From the IMG/VR virus record IMGVR_UViG_3300032007_001727: a DNA stretch of 64,000 nt, one strand, 5' to 3'. The notes below the pieces were generated by a model, which saw nothing but the letters and a program-made list of their open reading frames with translations, made no database searches and had not been told where the DNA came from. Position numbers and translations under genes: made by a program. Of this stretch, positions 9,473 through 20,200 are shown in pieces (position 1 is the first letter of the stretch; each line of letters starts with the position of its first letter). The DNA comes from a virus. Its lineage: Duplodnaviria > Caudoviricetes.

Positions 9473-10664
9473 TACTGACAAAGTTTATCTTGGATTGTTA
9501 CAAGATATATTAGACAATGGTGTCGAAAAGGACACAAGAGCAGGGCGTGTGAAATCCGTCTTCGGAAGACAACTTAGGTTTAACTTGAAAAAGGGGTTCC
9601 CGTTATTAACGACCAAGAAAGTCTTCACAAAGGGCGTTATATATGAATTGCTTTGGTTTTTGCAGAGGCCGTGTAATTCACATGGCAGTATGAACATAGA
9701 ATATTTGGTCAGAAACGGTGTCCATATTTGGGATGATGATGCTTACAGATGGTTTAAGAGCGAAATTGTAAAAAATTTCACATCAATTGATGGAAACCGT
9801 ATTGAATATATGGTCTGTGTGAACGATGATGAACAAGGAGTCAAGCCATATTATGAATATTGGATGTGGAATCAATTGAGAAAAAATGATTCAGAGTGGC
9901 TTCGGAATCTAAGTAAGGAAGACTTTTTAGACCTAGTGCTTCAGAGGGTTGAAATATGGGGTCCGTTTATGTCAAAATATAGGTTTGGTGATTTAGGTCC
10001 GGTGTATGGCAAACAATGGAGAAAGTTTGGTGGTAGTGGAATTGACCAAATTAACAACATTATTACCACATTGAAAACTAGCCCTAATGACAGAAGAATG
10101 CTTTGTTTGGCTTTTAATCCGGATGACTTGTGTGAAATGGCTTTACCTCCTTGTCATGTTATGATGCAGTTCTATACAAGAGAATTGGCGATAACTGAAA
10201 GGATGGAGATATTCAAGGAAAGGTCAAAGCAAGGTCTTATTCCACAAAAATACTTTGAATATGTCAACAATAATAAGGCAAGCAGTGTGTCTGATGCTGA
10301 TGCTTGCTATGATATGGCTGATATACCTAGATATGGGTTAAGTTGTATGTGGACACAAAGGTCCGTGGATGTCCCGTTAGGTTTATGTTGGAATATTAGT
10401 TCATATGCATTGTTGACTCATATGATTGCCAAATTGACCAATATGGCACCGGATGAACTCGTAGGCTCACTTGGTGATTGTCACATTTACATGAATCAAA
10501 TCGATGGCGTGAACGAACACTTAAGTAGAAAAGGATACGATGTTTTACCAAAGTTAATTATAGAAGGTGACCAAAAAGTAATAGAAGATTTTAAATATGA
10601 AAATTTTAAAATTTTTGGATATATGTGTGACCCGGTTATAAAAATACCACTTAGTGTTGGATAA
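9465..10664 (+). CDS. thyA: Thymidylate synthase
   Basis: FPLLTTKK, ELLWFL, DLGPVYGKQWR, ALPPCH, QRSVD, GDCHIY; contains two insertions. Confidence 0.95.
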   Translation: MTDTDKVYLGLLQDILDNGVEKDTRAGRVKSVFGRQLRFNLKKGFPLLTTKKVFTKGVIYELLWFLQRPCNSHGSMNIEYLVRNGVHIWDDDAYRWFKSEIVKNFTSIDGNRIEYMVCVNDDEQGVKPYYEYWMWNQLRKNDSEWLRNLSKEDFLDLVLQRVEIWGPFMSKYRFGDLGPVYGKQWRKFGGSGIDQINNIITTLKTSPNDRRMLCLAFNPDDLCEMALPPCHVMMQFYTRELAITERMEIFKERSKQGLIPQKYFEYVNNNKASSVSDADACYDMADIPRYGLSCMWTQRSVDVPLGLCWNISSYALLTHMIAKLTNMAPDELVGSLGDCHIYMNQIDGVNEHLSRKGYDVLPKLIIEGDQKVIEDFKYENFKIFGYMCDPVIKIPLSVG

Positions 10665-10670
10665 AAATAG

Positions 10671-10699
10671 AAATGCAGTCAGAAATGGCTGCATTTTTT
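10671..10699 (+). terminator. Intrinsic terminator
   Basis: AAATGCAGTC-AGAAAT-GGCTGCATTT followed by a T run. Confidence 0.75.
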
Positions 10700-10747
10700 G
10701 TTTTCACAAGTATTTATTGAAGAATTTGAGTTTTTAGTTACAAACAT

Positions 10748-12316
10748 ATGAAGAAAATAAATATTCTTGAAAGTCAGTATCGTGTTTTGAATGAGGGGTT
10801 AAGTAATCTCTTATATCATTTTACGTCCATCGGCAATGGCTATAACATTGCAAAGGATGGTGTAATAATGTTACAGTCTGCGCTTTCAAAGGATGCTGAA
10901 GACTATGACAATAAAAGGAAATACTACTTGTCTTGTTCGAGAATAAGAAACGGAAATTTCGGCTATTCCCGTAAGTTTATGGATGGTGGTGTTAGGATTG
11001 AACTTGACGGTGACGCTCTATCAAGCCGATTCAAGGGAAAACCGATTATGTATTGGAGCGGATTGGGTGATAAATACCGGTATTATGAAAAACTACCAAG
11101 AAATTACAAGGATACGTTGAATCATTTGAGTTATGATATTGAGCGCTTTAAGAAAAAGAACCCTAGTGCTAGTGAAGATGATATCGAGAATTTTGTAAAA
11201 AATAATTTTGACAATTATGCACAGACACACATCAGCAATGAATCTGAGGATAGAATATTTTCATATGAACCGGTGATTAGGGATATTGAGAAATATGTGA
11301 GGTCAATAGATGTTCTTTTACCTAACTTTGAGAATGATGAAGAAAAAATGCGTATCGCTAGTGATTTTAGGTATCATACAAAGTTGGGCAAATTGGTTCG
11401 CATTTTTGATTCTGCATTAGAATTCAATAAAGTTAACGGTTCTGATGCAAATGATAAAGTAAAGTATAATCAAGAAGCATCATCAAGGCATGAAGGGTTG
11501 GATGACCATAGAATAAGGTACGCATTAAAGCAAGTTATTTATTTTATTGCATATGCCAATGAAGAGTATGAAGGAAAAAAATTTCCGGTGGCGGTGGCTA
11601 AATTGTTAGATAAATACCATTTAGATGAGTTCAAGGGTATGATTGGTGATTTGACAAGGGGTTTCAGAAATATATTCAGTGCCACTCAAGTCATTGAAAA
11701 TTTAGATACTGTCCGAAGGGATTTATCAGACTATCCGAATGAAACGACATATAAAATTCTTAAAATGTTTACTGACTATTCATTGTCAATCGGTGGAAAA
11801 ACATTTAGGGATACATGCCGAAAGAAAATAAAGATTAGTGATGAGTACAATGGGCACGATGATACGTACAAGAGGATTGATACTAGTAAGAAATATGGTT
11901 TCTTGGTTGTTGACAAATATACTCTTTCTTTGAATCCGAATATCGATAAGTTCCGTGACGCAATGCGGTGGGATGATGAACATTGTAAATACTATGCCGA
12001 TAGTGTTGCGTATGAGGTTATGAATGAAGACGGATACACCAAGACTAGTAAAAATTATAATTCAATGTTTTACTTCTTGTATAAATTATTCAGAGTCGGT
12101 TCTGTTATGGATGTTTATAACACCTTTAAGAAATTGGGTTTAAATAAAGAGACGCTTGAATCAATGGGTATCTACATTGAGCCTAAAGAACTTAGTTATT
12201 GGGATACATTTGACTTCAATCGTACTGTGAATACAAGTAATTTGGATTATTCAACTGCTTATGAAATGAAGAAAAAAGAAATTAACAAGTTTTTTGCTGA
12301 AAAGCAAGGTGTATAA
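10748..12316 (+). CDS. Hypothetical protein with leader MKKINILESQYRVLNE; possible ADP-ribosyltransferase-like N-terminal domain
   Basis: LYHFT...YLSCSR...ESEDR arrangement is reminiscent of H-S-E type ART folds (inference). Confidence 0.6.
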   Translation: MKKINILESQYRVLNEGLSNLLYHFTSIGNGYNIAKDGVIMLQSALSKDAEDYDNKRKYYLSCSRIRNGNFGYSRKFMDGGVRIELDGDALSSRFKGKPIMYWSGLGDKYRYYEKLPRNYKDTLNHLSYDIERFKKKNPSASEDDIENFVKNNFDNYAQTHISNESEDRIFSYEPVIRDIEKYVRSIDVLLPNFENDEEKMRIASDFRYHTKLGKLVRIFDSALEFNKVNGSDANDKVKYNQEASSRHEGLDDHRIRYALKQVIYFIAYANEEYEGKKFPVAVAKLLDKYHLDEFKGMIGDLTRGFRNIFSATQVIENLDTVRRDLSDYPNETTYKILKMFTDYSLSIGGKTFRDTCRKKIKISDEYNGHDDTYKRIDTSKKYGFLVVDKYTLSLNPNIDKFRDAMRWDDEHCKYYADSVAYEVMNEDGYTKTSKNYNSMFYFLYKLFRVGSVMDVYNTFKKLGLNKETLESMGIYIEPKELSYWDTFDFNRTVNTSNLDYSTAYEMKKKEINKFFAEKQGV

Positions 12317-12365
12317 TATTTATCAGTGAAAAAGAAAATAATAAAAAATAAAATATTGAAGAATT

Positions 12366-12686
12366 ATGGTGACTAATATATTGGATTATATGTATGATGG
12401 CTATGGTTACGATATGGATAACCAAATCTTATATACCGATACTGAAAAGTACAAGGAGGCATTAGATGCTGACGGCTATAGCGATAACGGCATGAAGACC
12501 TTCTCTTCAAATGATTGGAAGATTACCGGGTATCAAGATGCCATTCCAACAGAAAATGCGAACAAATACAAGGAAATTCCACAGTTTGTTGGTGAAAACG
12601 GTGCAAATTATACGGACCTCAGACAGCAGATATGCAAATGTGGCGGTAATGGCACGTATGAGTGGGCACACGAGACGGATGATTAA
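12366..12686 (+). CDS. Hypothetical protein
   Basis: ORF preceded by ATATTTAT at 12316. Confidence 0.7.
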   Translation: MVTNILDYMYDGYGYDMDNQILYTDTEKYKEALDADGYSDNGMKTFSSNDWKITGYQDAIPTENANKYKEIPQFVGENGANYTDLRQQICKCGGNGTYEWAHETDD

Positions 12687-12706
12687 TTTTTTTTTAAAAA
12701 AACATT

Positions 12707-15700
12707 ATGGGTAGGACTGTTGCAATAAATCAAGATAAACTAAAAATGCTTAAGGAGATTGTGGTTGATAATCATAATATTATCAGCCACAAAAACGTTT
12801 ATGTTAATGAGGCTTCTCCGGAAGCAAGTGAATTTGAACTTTGCATTGAAGACGGCGACCAACCTTTAGGCGGTGGTTATGTTCATGTTAAAGAGGGATT
12901 GCAAAAGTTGAGACCAAATGTCAATGAAACCACGTTTGAGACATGGTTCGGGAATTCCGTGTTGAAGGATGAAAACGGTATGCCGTTGAAGATGTATCAC
13001 GGAACCGGCGAGGATTTCAATGCCTTCGACAAGAAGACCATTGGAAGGAGCGGCGCATACGAGGGATATGGCTTTAATTTCACCCCATTCAAGTCTAGGG
13101 CGATGGGATATAATTCCAAAAACGTCATAGAGGCATATTTGAAGGTCGAGAACCCAATGACATCAAAAACTCATAAGATAACCTTAAGGCAGTTGATGTC
13201 CATAATAAGCGAATTGGACAAGGGTAAGCCGTTTACTGACACGATAGTTGCGGCGTATGAGCCTGCGAGATATAACGAGAATTGGGATGCCGCATACTAT
13301 AGAAGGGCATTGCCTACGGCAGCGAGGGCAATATATGACTATAACAAGGAATGTGGCTACGGTGATGCGGGACTATATGCCGAACTCTGTATTAACGGGC
13401 AAGCCGATAAACTAGAGACCATCAGCGCATTCGAGAAGATGGGATACGATGGTGCAATATTCTATGACAACGATGATAGGATAAACACCGTCGTGGTGTT
13501 CGAGCCTAACCAAATCAAGAGAACCACAAACAAGACGTTCAATCCCAATTCAGACATAATGGATGAGGATAATGCAATCAACGAAGGATATTGCGGTTCC
13601 AAACTCAAATACATAGACCTAAGTGACGTAGGACTCGTTAAGTATGAATGGTACTTTGACGAGGACGAATACAATGAATGGCTTGCCGACAATGAGTTGA
13701 CTGACTCTGAGGAGACTAGGCATGAATACTATGTCAATGAGGTCACTTATGAGGTGGAATATTGCGATAATTACAGTCAACACACAATGGACGTAGACCA
13801 AAATGTGTCTTACAGTGACCTTGAAGAGTTGTTCGGAGAGAATATGGCAGAGAAAATATTGTCAAACTGTATTAAATACGGAGAGGGTAAATTCGAGACC
13901 TTTGAAATGTATGAGGACTCTGACTATGATGTGAACAACCCGCAAGAACTTAATGATATTGCAGTCAAGTTGTTCTCACACGGAGAATACTATAAAGACT
14001 GCCGTGGTTTCATTCTCACAAACGGAGTTGTAATATACACGCCAAGCGAGCATAATGAAATTACCATATTGAATAACGTAAACGATAAGTTTGATTTCGT
14101 TAGAATGGGTAACATTAGGGTTTTGCCAAATTCAATTAATATTTACACAGAACCGACATATGAGCAAGAACTTGTATTGAGGGATGTGATTGATTCTTAT
14201 TCGGATGATGAGTTATTCTTGGATATTTGCAATAAAGATGATTGCTGTGGCGTTAGATATGACCACCCAAATTGGAGGTATGTCCTAGGTGAGATTGAAC
14301 GATATTATTCAGAAGGGATTAGACCACAAGGAAACCAATACTTTGAGTCAAAGAACAACCATAAGGAAACCCTTAATGAATCACAAGAATCAAAGTCAAT
14401 TTCAGCAGCAAAAAGTCTTGTCATGCAAAGGCTTGGTTATAACGAGCAGCAAGCAGATGAATTTGTAAGAATCAAACTCAGAAACGACTTGCCAATCTTG
14501 AGGTCACCACAAGGCTCCAAGTTCATTCTTGGTGTGACAAGAATGTTCTGTGACGGTGAAATTAGAACTGCAAACGAAATTAGCAATTTGAATTCCACTC
14601 TTAAACTTGTCTCATCAGATGCACATATAAATGAGTATGATAGAAACCTAAATGGCTTGTCTTGTCAAGACTTGATTCAAAGGTTTGCAAAGGCGATGAG
14701 CAATAACCTTGAAACAGAAAAATCAGAGATTGAACGGATGGTGTTTGACACACCGTCAAACTATGAAATTGTTAGGATAGATACGTTCAAGGATGCGACA
14801 AGATATGGAAGATACACATCTTGGTGTGTTATCCATGACAAGGGGATGTTTGACAGTTATACAAGTGACGGTACAAACCAATTTTATTTCTGTCTAAGAC
14901 ATGGGTTTGAAAATGTTAAAAAACAGCCTAGTGAAGGTTGTCCCTTGGATGAATATGGCTTGTCAATGATTGCTGTAAGTGTCAACGAAAATGGAATGTT
15001 GAATACTTGTACTTGCAGATGGAACCATGACAATGGTGCAAACGATTCTGTTATGACGGCAAAAGAGTTGAGTCAACTCATTGGTATGAACTTCTTTGAA
15101 GTGTTCAAGCCAAACGGCAAATGGCAAGAGTTATTGAACGATGCAATGCAAAGGCTTGCAAACGGTGAACAACCTCAAGATGTGTTTGATTGGTGTGGTG
15201 ATTTCAACGAAGGTTTTGCAGCAGTTGAACTTAACGATAAGTGTAATTTCATTGACAAGAATGGTAACTATTTAAGTAAGTGGTGGTTTGATAATTGCGG
15301 TGATTTCCATGAAGGTTTTGCAAGAGTTAGACTCAACGATAATTGGAATTATGTTAACAAGAGTGGTAACTATTTAAGTGAACAGTGGCTTGATTGGTGT
15401 GATGATTTCAATGAAGGTTTTGGGAAAGTTTGCCTTAATGGCAAATATAATTATATTGACAAGAGTGGTAACTATTTAAGTAAGCGGTGGTTTGATGATT
15501 GCGGTGATTTCTATGTAGGTTTTGCGATAGTTGTACTTAATGGAGAATATTACCGCATTGATAAAAACGGAAATTTATTAATGGATGAGTCGAAGAATAA
15601 CAAGAAGGTATTAGTGTCTGAGGAGCAATTGATGAAACTTAATGAGTCACAAGAGTCAAAATCAATTTCCGCTGCAAAAAGGCTTGTCATGCAAAGGCTT

Positions 15701-18424
15701 GGCTATGACGAGCAACAAGCAGATGAGTTTGTAAGGGTAAAACTCAGAAATGATATTCCTGCCCTAAGTGAACCAAAACCATCAAAATTCATTCTTGGTG
15801 CTGCGAGAATGTATTGTGATGGTCAATTAACTAATTCGAGAACCATTAACGACTTGAACTCTACGCTTGAACTTGTGTCCTCTGATACTCACATTAATGA
15901 GTATGACAGAAACCTTAACGGGTTGTCAGCACAGCAACTCATAGACCGCTTTGCAAAAGTAATGAATAATAATCTTGAAGCAGAGAAGGGTGAGGTTGAG
16001 AAAATGACATTCAACAATACTTCTGATTATCAGATTGTTAGAATTGATTCATTTAAGGAAGCGAAAAGATATGGAAAATACACATCTTGGTGTGTCACAC
16101 ACAATAAAAGAATGTTTGACAGTTACACATGTGACGGGATTAACCAATTCTACTTCTGTTTGAAGCCTAACTTTGAAACCATTAAAAGAATCAAAGGTGA
16201 AACCTATCCGTCAGATGAGTATGGCTTGTCAATGATTGCTGTCTCAGTTGATGATAATGGTTGGCTTCACACTTGCACTTGCCGTTGGAATCATGGTGAT
16301 AACAATGACGGGGCTTGCAATGACAAGTTCATCAAGAATATGAAGGGGTTGGCACAGTTCTTTGGGTTCAACCCATTTGAAGTGTTCAAACCAAACGGCA
16401 AGTGGCAAGAATTATTGAACACTGTAACGCAAAGGATTGCCAATGGTGAACGGCCGCAAGATGTATTTGATGAGTGTTTGGGTTTCTGTGAAGGCTTTTC
16501 AAGGGTTGTACTCAATGATAGATATAATTATATTGACAAGAGCGGCACCATTATAAGCAAACAATGGTTTGATTGGTGCAGTGATTTCCATGAAGGGTTT
16601 GCAAAAGTTAAACTTAACAACAAATATAATTATGTTGACGAGAACGGCAACATCTTGAGCAAACAGTGGTTTGAATTTTGTGCTGATTTCAAAGAAGGTT
16701 TTGGGGTGGTTGGACTCAACGATAGATTTAATCATATTGACAAGAGTGGTAACATTATAAGTAAGCAGTGGTTTGATTGGTGCTATAGTTTCGATAATGG
16801 CTTTGCGATAGTTCTACTTAACAAGAAATATAATCATATTGGAAAGAGCGGTAGTATTTTAAGCAAACAATGGTTTAATGGTTGTGATAATTTCAATGAA
16901 GGTTTTGCAACTGTCATACTCAATGGTAAATACAATTTCATTGACAAGAACGGAAACTATTTAAGTGACCAATGGTTTGATTGGTGTGGTGATTTCCATG
17001 AAGGTTTCGCAAAAGTTCTCCTTAATAGCAAATTTAATTTCATTGACAAGAGTGGCAACTATTTAAGTAAACAATGGTTTGATGGTTGTCGGGATTTCAA
17101 AGAAGGTTTTGCAGCAGTTGAACTCGACGGCAAGGAATATAAAATTGATAAAAATGGAAATTTATCATTGCTTGAGTCGAAGAACAACAAGAAGATATTA
17201 GTGTCTGAGGGACAATTGGTAAGACTTAAGGAGAATTCAGAGTTTGAGGTTGACAGTTCGGAGATAGACTTATCGTCATTCAAGAAGAAACATGAGTTAG
17301 TTCCAAATATTTGGAAACCAAATGGGAAATTAAACTCTAGGGTTAGATTAAAGTTATTGGATATTGCAGATGATTTTTGGCATTTCGTCAATCTTACTTG
17401 GGTCAAACCAAAGAGTATAATTCTGACCGGTTCTATCTGTAATTTCAATTGGTCGCAATATTCGGATATTGATTTGCATCTGATTGTTGATTTCAATGAA
17501 ATTGACGAAAAGACAGAATTTGTTAAAAATTATCTTGATTCGAAGAAAAATGAATGGAACAACGAGCACGACAATTTGAATATAATGGGTTTCAATGTTG
17601 AGTTGTATGTGCAAGATATTGATGAAGAATCAGAGTTAAGCAGTGTATATGACTTGGAAACCGACGAGTGGATAAAAGAACCGAATCCGGAGGATATTCA
17701 CCCGATAGGGTTGAACAAGTTTAATATAAAGAAAAAGTCTGCTGAAATAATGACCATAATCGATGATATGTATGATTCATTGTCCTCAACTGATGATTTG
17801 CATAAGATAGAACAGATTTCAGACGATGCCGACTATCTTTGGAGCAAGATAAAGAACATGCGGAAGCAAAGCCTTGAACAAGACGGTGAAATGGGTAGCG
17901 GAAACATTGTATATAAGTATATGCGCAGAAAAGGCTATTTGGATAAACTGTGGGACTTGAGGACAATCTGTTACGACAAGGTGAATTCAATTGACGAAGG
18001 TGTACAAGCAAAATTGCATTCATTATGTGAAAATGAATCGATAAAAAGGTATTTGACATCACTTAAAGCAAATATAATTAATGAAGAATGGGTCGGAGAC
18101 GGGAATGCCTCACATAACCCATACAAAAAACATTGGGATGCTGAGAGAAAGGCATTGAAGGATTTTGTCTCAAACTATGGTCAACTGATGCAGTCCAAGG
18201 AAAACGGAAAACTTTATAAGTGCTACTATGATGCCACGCTTTCTCAGTTAATCGGGTTTAACTACTGTATCTGTGTTCAATGGGATAGTGTTGAAATGAA
18301 GCCTAAAAGTACCTTGTACATTAGGGCTTGTGACAAGTTTACCTCAAATATCAAGCAAGTGCAGTTTGATACACGAGGAAAGGACAATACCTATGGAACT
18401 CAAGACGATTTAAGAGTTAATTAA
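12707..18424 (+). CDS. 1905-aa multidomain (polyvalent-type) protein: ART-PolyVal-like domain, duplicated 'YTSWCV' module + WG repeats, Pol-beta nucleotidyltransferase-like domain
   Basis: WFGNS..DENG.P..MYHGT..GFNFT..AYLKVENP..GYDG..VVFEPNQIK; two ESQESKSISAAK modules; FxEGFAxVxLNxKxNxIDKxG repeats; GSICNFNWSQYSDIDLHLIVD. Confidence 0.8.
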   Translation: MGRTVAINQDKLKMLKEIVVDNHNIISHKNVYVNEASPEASEFELCIEDGDQPLGGGYVHVKEGLQKLRPNVNETTFETWFGNSVLKDENGMPLKMYHGTGEDFNAFDKKTIGRSGAYEGYGFNFTPFKSRAMGYNSKNVIEAYLKVENPMTSKTHKITLRQLMSIISELDKGKPFTDTIVAAYEPARYNENWDAAYYRRALPTAARAIYDYNKECGYGDAGLYAELCINGQADKLETISAFEKMGYDGAIFYDNDDRINTVVVFEPNQIKRTTNKTFNPNSDIMDEDNAINEGYCGSKLKYIDLSDVGLVKYEWYFDEDEYNEWLADNELTDSEETRHEYYVNEVTYEVEYCDNYSQHTMDVDQNVSYSDLEELFGENMAEKILSNCIKYGEGKFETFEMYEDSDYDVNNPQELNDIAVKLFSHGEYYKDCRGFILTNGVVIYTPSEHNEITILNNVNDKFDFVRMGNIRVLPNSINIYTEPTYEQELVLRDVIDSYSDDELFLDICNKDDCCGVRYDHPNWRYVLGEIERYYSEGIRPQGNQYFESKNNHKETLNESQESKSISAAKSLVMQRLGYNEQQADEFVRIKLRNDLPILRSPQGSKFILGVTRMFCDGEIRTANEISNLNSTLKLVSSDAHINEYDRNLNGLSCQDLIQRFAKAMSNNLETEKSEIERMVFDTPSNYEIVRIDTFKDATRYGRYTSWCVIHDKGMFDSYTSDGTNQFYFCLRHGFENVKKQPSEGCPLDEYGLSMIAVSVNENGMLNTCTCRWNHDNGANDSVMTAKELSQLIGMNFFEVFKPNGKWQELLNDAMQRLANGEQPQDVFDWCGDFNEGFAAVELNDKCNFIDKNGNYLSKWWFDNCGDFHEGFARVRLNDNWNYVNKSGNYLSEQWLDWCDDFNEGFGKVCLNGKYNYIDKSGNYLSKRWFDDCGDFYVGFAIVVLNGEYYRIDKNGNLLMDESKNNKKVLVSEEQLMKLNESQESKSISAAKRLVMQRLGYDEQQADEFVRVKLRNDIPALSEPKPSKFILGAARMYCDGQLTNSRTINDLNSTLELVSSDTHINEYDRNLNGLSAQQLIDRFAKVMNNNLEAEKGEVEKMTFNNTSDYQIVRIDSFKEAKRYGKYTSWCVTHNKRMFDSYTCDGINQFYFCLKPNFETIKRIKGETYPSDEYGLSMIAVSVDDNGWLHTCTCRWNHGDNNDGACNDKFIKNMKGLAQFFGFNPFEVFKPNGKWQELLNTVTQRIANGERPQDVFDECLGFCEGFSRVVLNDRYNYIDKSGTIISKQWFDWCSDFHEGFAKVKLNNKYNYVDENGNILSKQWFEFCADFKEGFGVVGLNDRFNHIDKSGNIISKQWFDWCYSFDNGFAIVLLNKKYNHIGKSGSILSKQWFNGCDNFNEGFATVILNGKYNFIDKNGNYLSDQWFDWCGDFHEGFAKVLLNSKFNFIDKSGNYLSKQWFDGCRDFKEGFAAVELDGKEYKIDKNGNLSLLESKNNKKILVSEGQLVRLKENSEFEVDSSEIDLSSFKKKHELVPNIWKPNGKLNSRVRLKLLDIADDFWHFVNLTWVKPKSIILTGSICNFNWSQYSDIDLHLIVDFNEIDEKTEFVKNYLDSKKNEWNNEHDNLNIMGFNVELYVQDIDEESELSSVYDLETDEWIKEPNPEDIHPIGLNKFNIKKKSAEIMTIIDDMYDSLSSTDDLHKIEQISDDADYLWSKIKNMRKQSLEQDGEMGSGNIVYKYMRRKGYLDKLWDLRTICYDKVNSIDEGVQAKLHSLCENESIKRYLTSLKANIINEEWVGDGNASHNPYKKHWDAERKALKDFVSNYGQLMQSKENGKLYKCYYDATLSQLIGFNYCICVQWDSVEMKPKSTLYIRACDKFTSNIKQVQFDTRGKDNTYGTQDDLRVN
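14378..17170 (+). repeat. Internal tandem duplication of [ESQESKSISAAK module + WG-repeat array] (about 14378-15580 and 15644-17170)
   Basis: Near-identical protein and DNA starts at 14378 and 15644; repeats of about 22 aa (WFDxCxDFxEGFA). Confidence 0.85.
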
Positions 18425-18505
18425 AAAAAATTTTTACTTTTTCAAAATTTTTTAAGTGATAATATATTTATATAAAAAATAAATTCGAAAATTAATATAT
18501 TAATT

Positions 18506-20200
18506 ATGAATAAAACAAATACTAATGAAACACTTGCCCGTATGAAGTCATTGATGAAATATGGACTTCAGAATGAAAGCAAGGAGACGCAGTACAGTTC
18601 TATAGAGTATAGCAAACTCGGAGCAGACGGTAAGAATTACGCCATTATTAGAGAAGGTACGAGTTATTTCATAAAGAGTGCACCAAACAAGTCAAACCTT
18701 GTTAAGGAAGACTATAACTATATCGGTGGATTCAGAAATCGCAATGATTATCGCTATGATAATTTTGCAAATGCACAGAAACAGTTTGACCTTAAAATGA
18801 TTTCCATCAAGGAAGGTGTCAGCAACCCAAATTTCAATGTTGAATCTTGGGATTTGAACAAGAAGGAAAATGTGGTCGTTGAGGCTTCCGATAAGATGAA
18901 GAATGAAATTCTCCGTGAAAGACAAATCATGAGGAATACCGCAGCAATTAATGAACAAAAGGCAATGTGCTGTGGTGGCACTTGTTCAGAAAAACCTAAG
19001 AATAATATCCCTAATGTGAAACATGAGACCGGGGATGCCAAAAAGGCTGTCGAAGGTGAAAAACCTAAATTTAATGATTTTTTAGAGAAACCTAATTTAA
19101 ATCCTAACATTGAAAAGGAAAATAAGGAGGTCAAGAAAGAATCAATGAATGAGGATGAAGTTCTTGGTTGGAATCGCAATAACCCGGACTATATGGACAA
19201 GAGTCGCGGCACCAAGAAGGGCAGCAATGCACCTTTTGATGATGAGGTTGCTAGAAACATTGATGATGACAAGAAGGTTACGAACACCGGTGAAATGCAG
19301 AACGGTGTCGTTGAAAACCACAATACTTCAATGCATGATGCAGATGACCAAAATACTCCAAGCGTTGGCGTTGGAGAGGGTCCGTCAGACGATAACAACA
19401 AGCCATTCGACGATAAGAAGGGAAAGCAGATAGACGAGGCAATTGATGATTTGGACAATGAGCCAATCAATGATGATGAATTCAGTGCTGAGGAAGACGA
19501 TGAACTCGCAGATGATGAGTTAGCAGACGATGAATTAGCAGACGATGAATTAGCAGATGACGAACTCGCAGATGATGACGATGATGATATATATGAAGAT
19601 GATTTGGAGTCTAGGGTTTCTGCCATGGAGGATGTTTTGAACAAAATTGCACTTAAGTTGGGTGTTGATGACATAGGCATTGATGACGAGGCATATGAAG
19701 ATGATGAACTCTACGATGATGATGAAGAGGGTGATGATGAGGAAAGTGAATATGAGTTCGAATATGACGATGAAGACGGCGACGATGAAGATGTTGACCT
19801 TGAAATTGACGATGAGGATGAAATGCCAATGGAGAGCATGAGGCGCAATGGCACTCAAATCTATGAGACTAGGGCTTATAGGAATGCAATGAGAAGGCAG
19901 CACATTAATGAGGATGGCATGAAGCCATTCACTGATGCCGGTCGTGTTCCTAGCGGCAATATGAACAGACTCAACGACTTTGGCAAACACCCCGCTTATC
20001 AGAAGAAGGTGATGACACTCCCACAGACCGATATGGAAGAGTTTGGTGGATATTATGACATGAACGATGAATCGGTCAAGAACACGAATCCTTACGGTCA
20101 GAAGATAGGCAGTGGTACTCCATTCGACATAGACCCGGAGGCTATTGACAATTCCATTGCAGAGGCTTTCGAACGCTTGAAGAACAAAAAAAAAGTTTAA
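18506..20200 (+). CDS. Acidic putative head/core protein
   Basis: Late motif at 18464; very D/E-rich; many L/I-x-E motifs; ends KKKV at an A9 run. Confidence 0.7.
   Translation: MNKTNTNETLARMKSLMKYGLQNESKETQYSSIEYSKLGADGKNYAIIREGTSYFIKSAPNKSNLVKEDYNYIGGFRNRNDYRYDNFANAQKQFDLKMISIKEGVSNPNFNVESWDLNKKENVVVEASDKMKNEILRERQIMRNTAAINEQKAMCCGGTCSEKPKNNIPNVKHETGDAKKAVEGEKPKFNDFLEKPNLNPNIEKENKEVKKESMNEDEVLGWNRNNPDYMDKSRGTKKGSNAPFDDEVARNIDDDKKVTNTGEMQNGVVENHNTSMHDADDQNTPSVGVGEGPSDDNNKPFDDKKGKQIDEAIDDLDNEPINDDEFSAEEDDELADDELADDELADDELADDELADDDDDDIYEDDLESRVSAMEDVLNKIALKLGVDDIGIDDEAYEDDELYDDDEEGDDEESEYEFEYDDEDGDDEDVDLEIDDEDEMPMESMRRNGTQIYETRAYRNAMRRQHINEDGMKPFTDAGRVPSGNMNRLNDFGKHPAYQKKVMTLPQTDMEEFGGYYDMNDESVKNTNPYGQKIGSGTPFDIDPEAIDNSIAEAFERLKNKKKV
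19496..19570 (+). repeat. 5 x 15-bp tandem repeat encoding (DDELA)5
   Basis: GAYGAYGARYTMGCA repeated five times. Confidence 0.9.

Noticed and set aside
9465-10664. ThyA insertions as intron/intein, or the enzyme as a dCMP hydroxymethylase
   Set aside because: The ORF is continuous with no splice motifs, and the specificity Asn (CWN) is retained.
15180-17170. WG-repeat or LRR arrays as diversity-generating retroelement targets or a CRISPR array
   Set aside because: There is no reverse transcriptase or non-coding template repeat in the window. The repeats are in-frame degenerate coding units without a repeat-spacer structure.
19496-19570. DDELA repeat as a regulatory or contingency repeat
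   Set aside because: The unit is 15 bp (frame-preserving) with synonymous divergence, which fits a low-complexity acidic linker.
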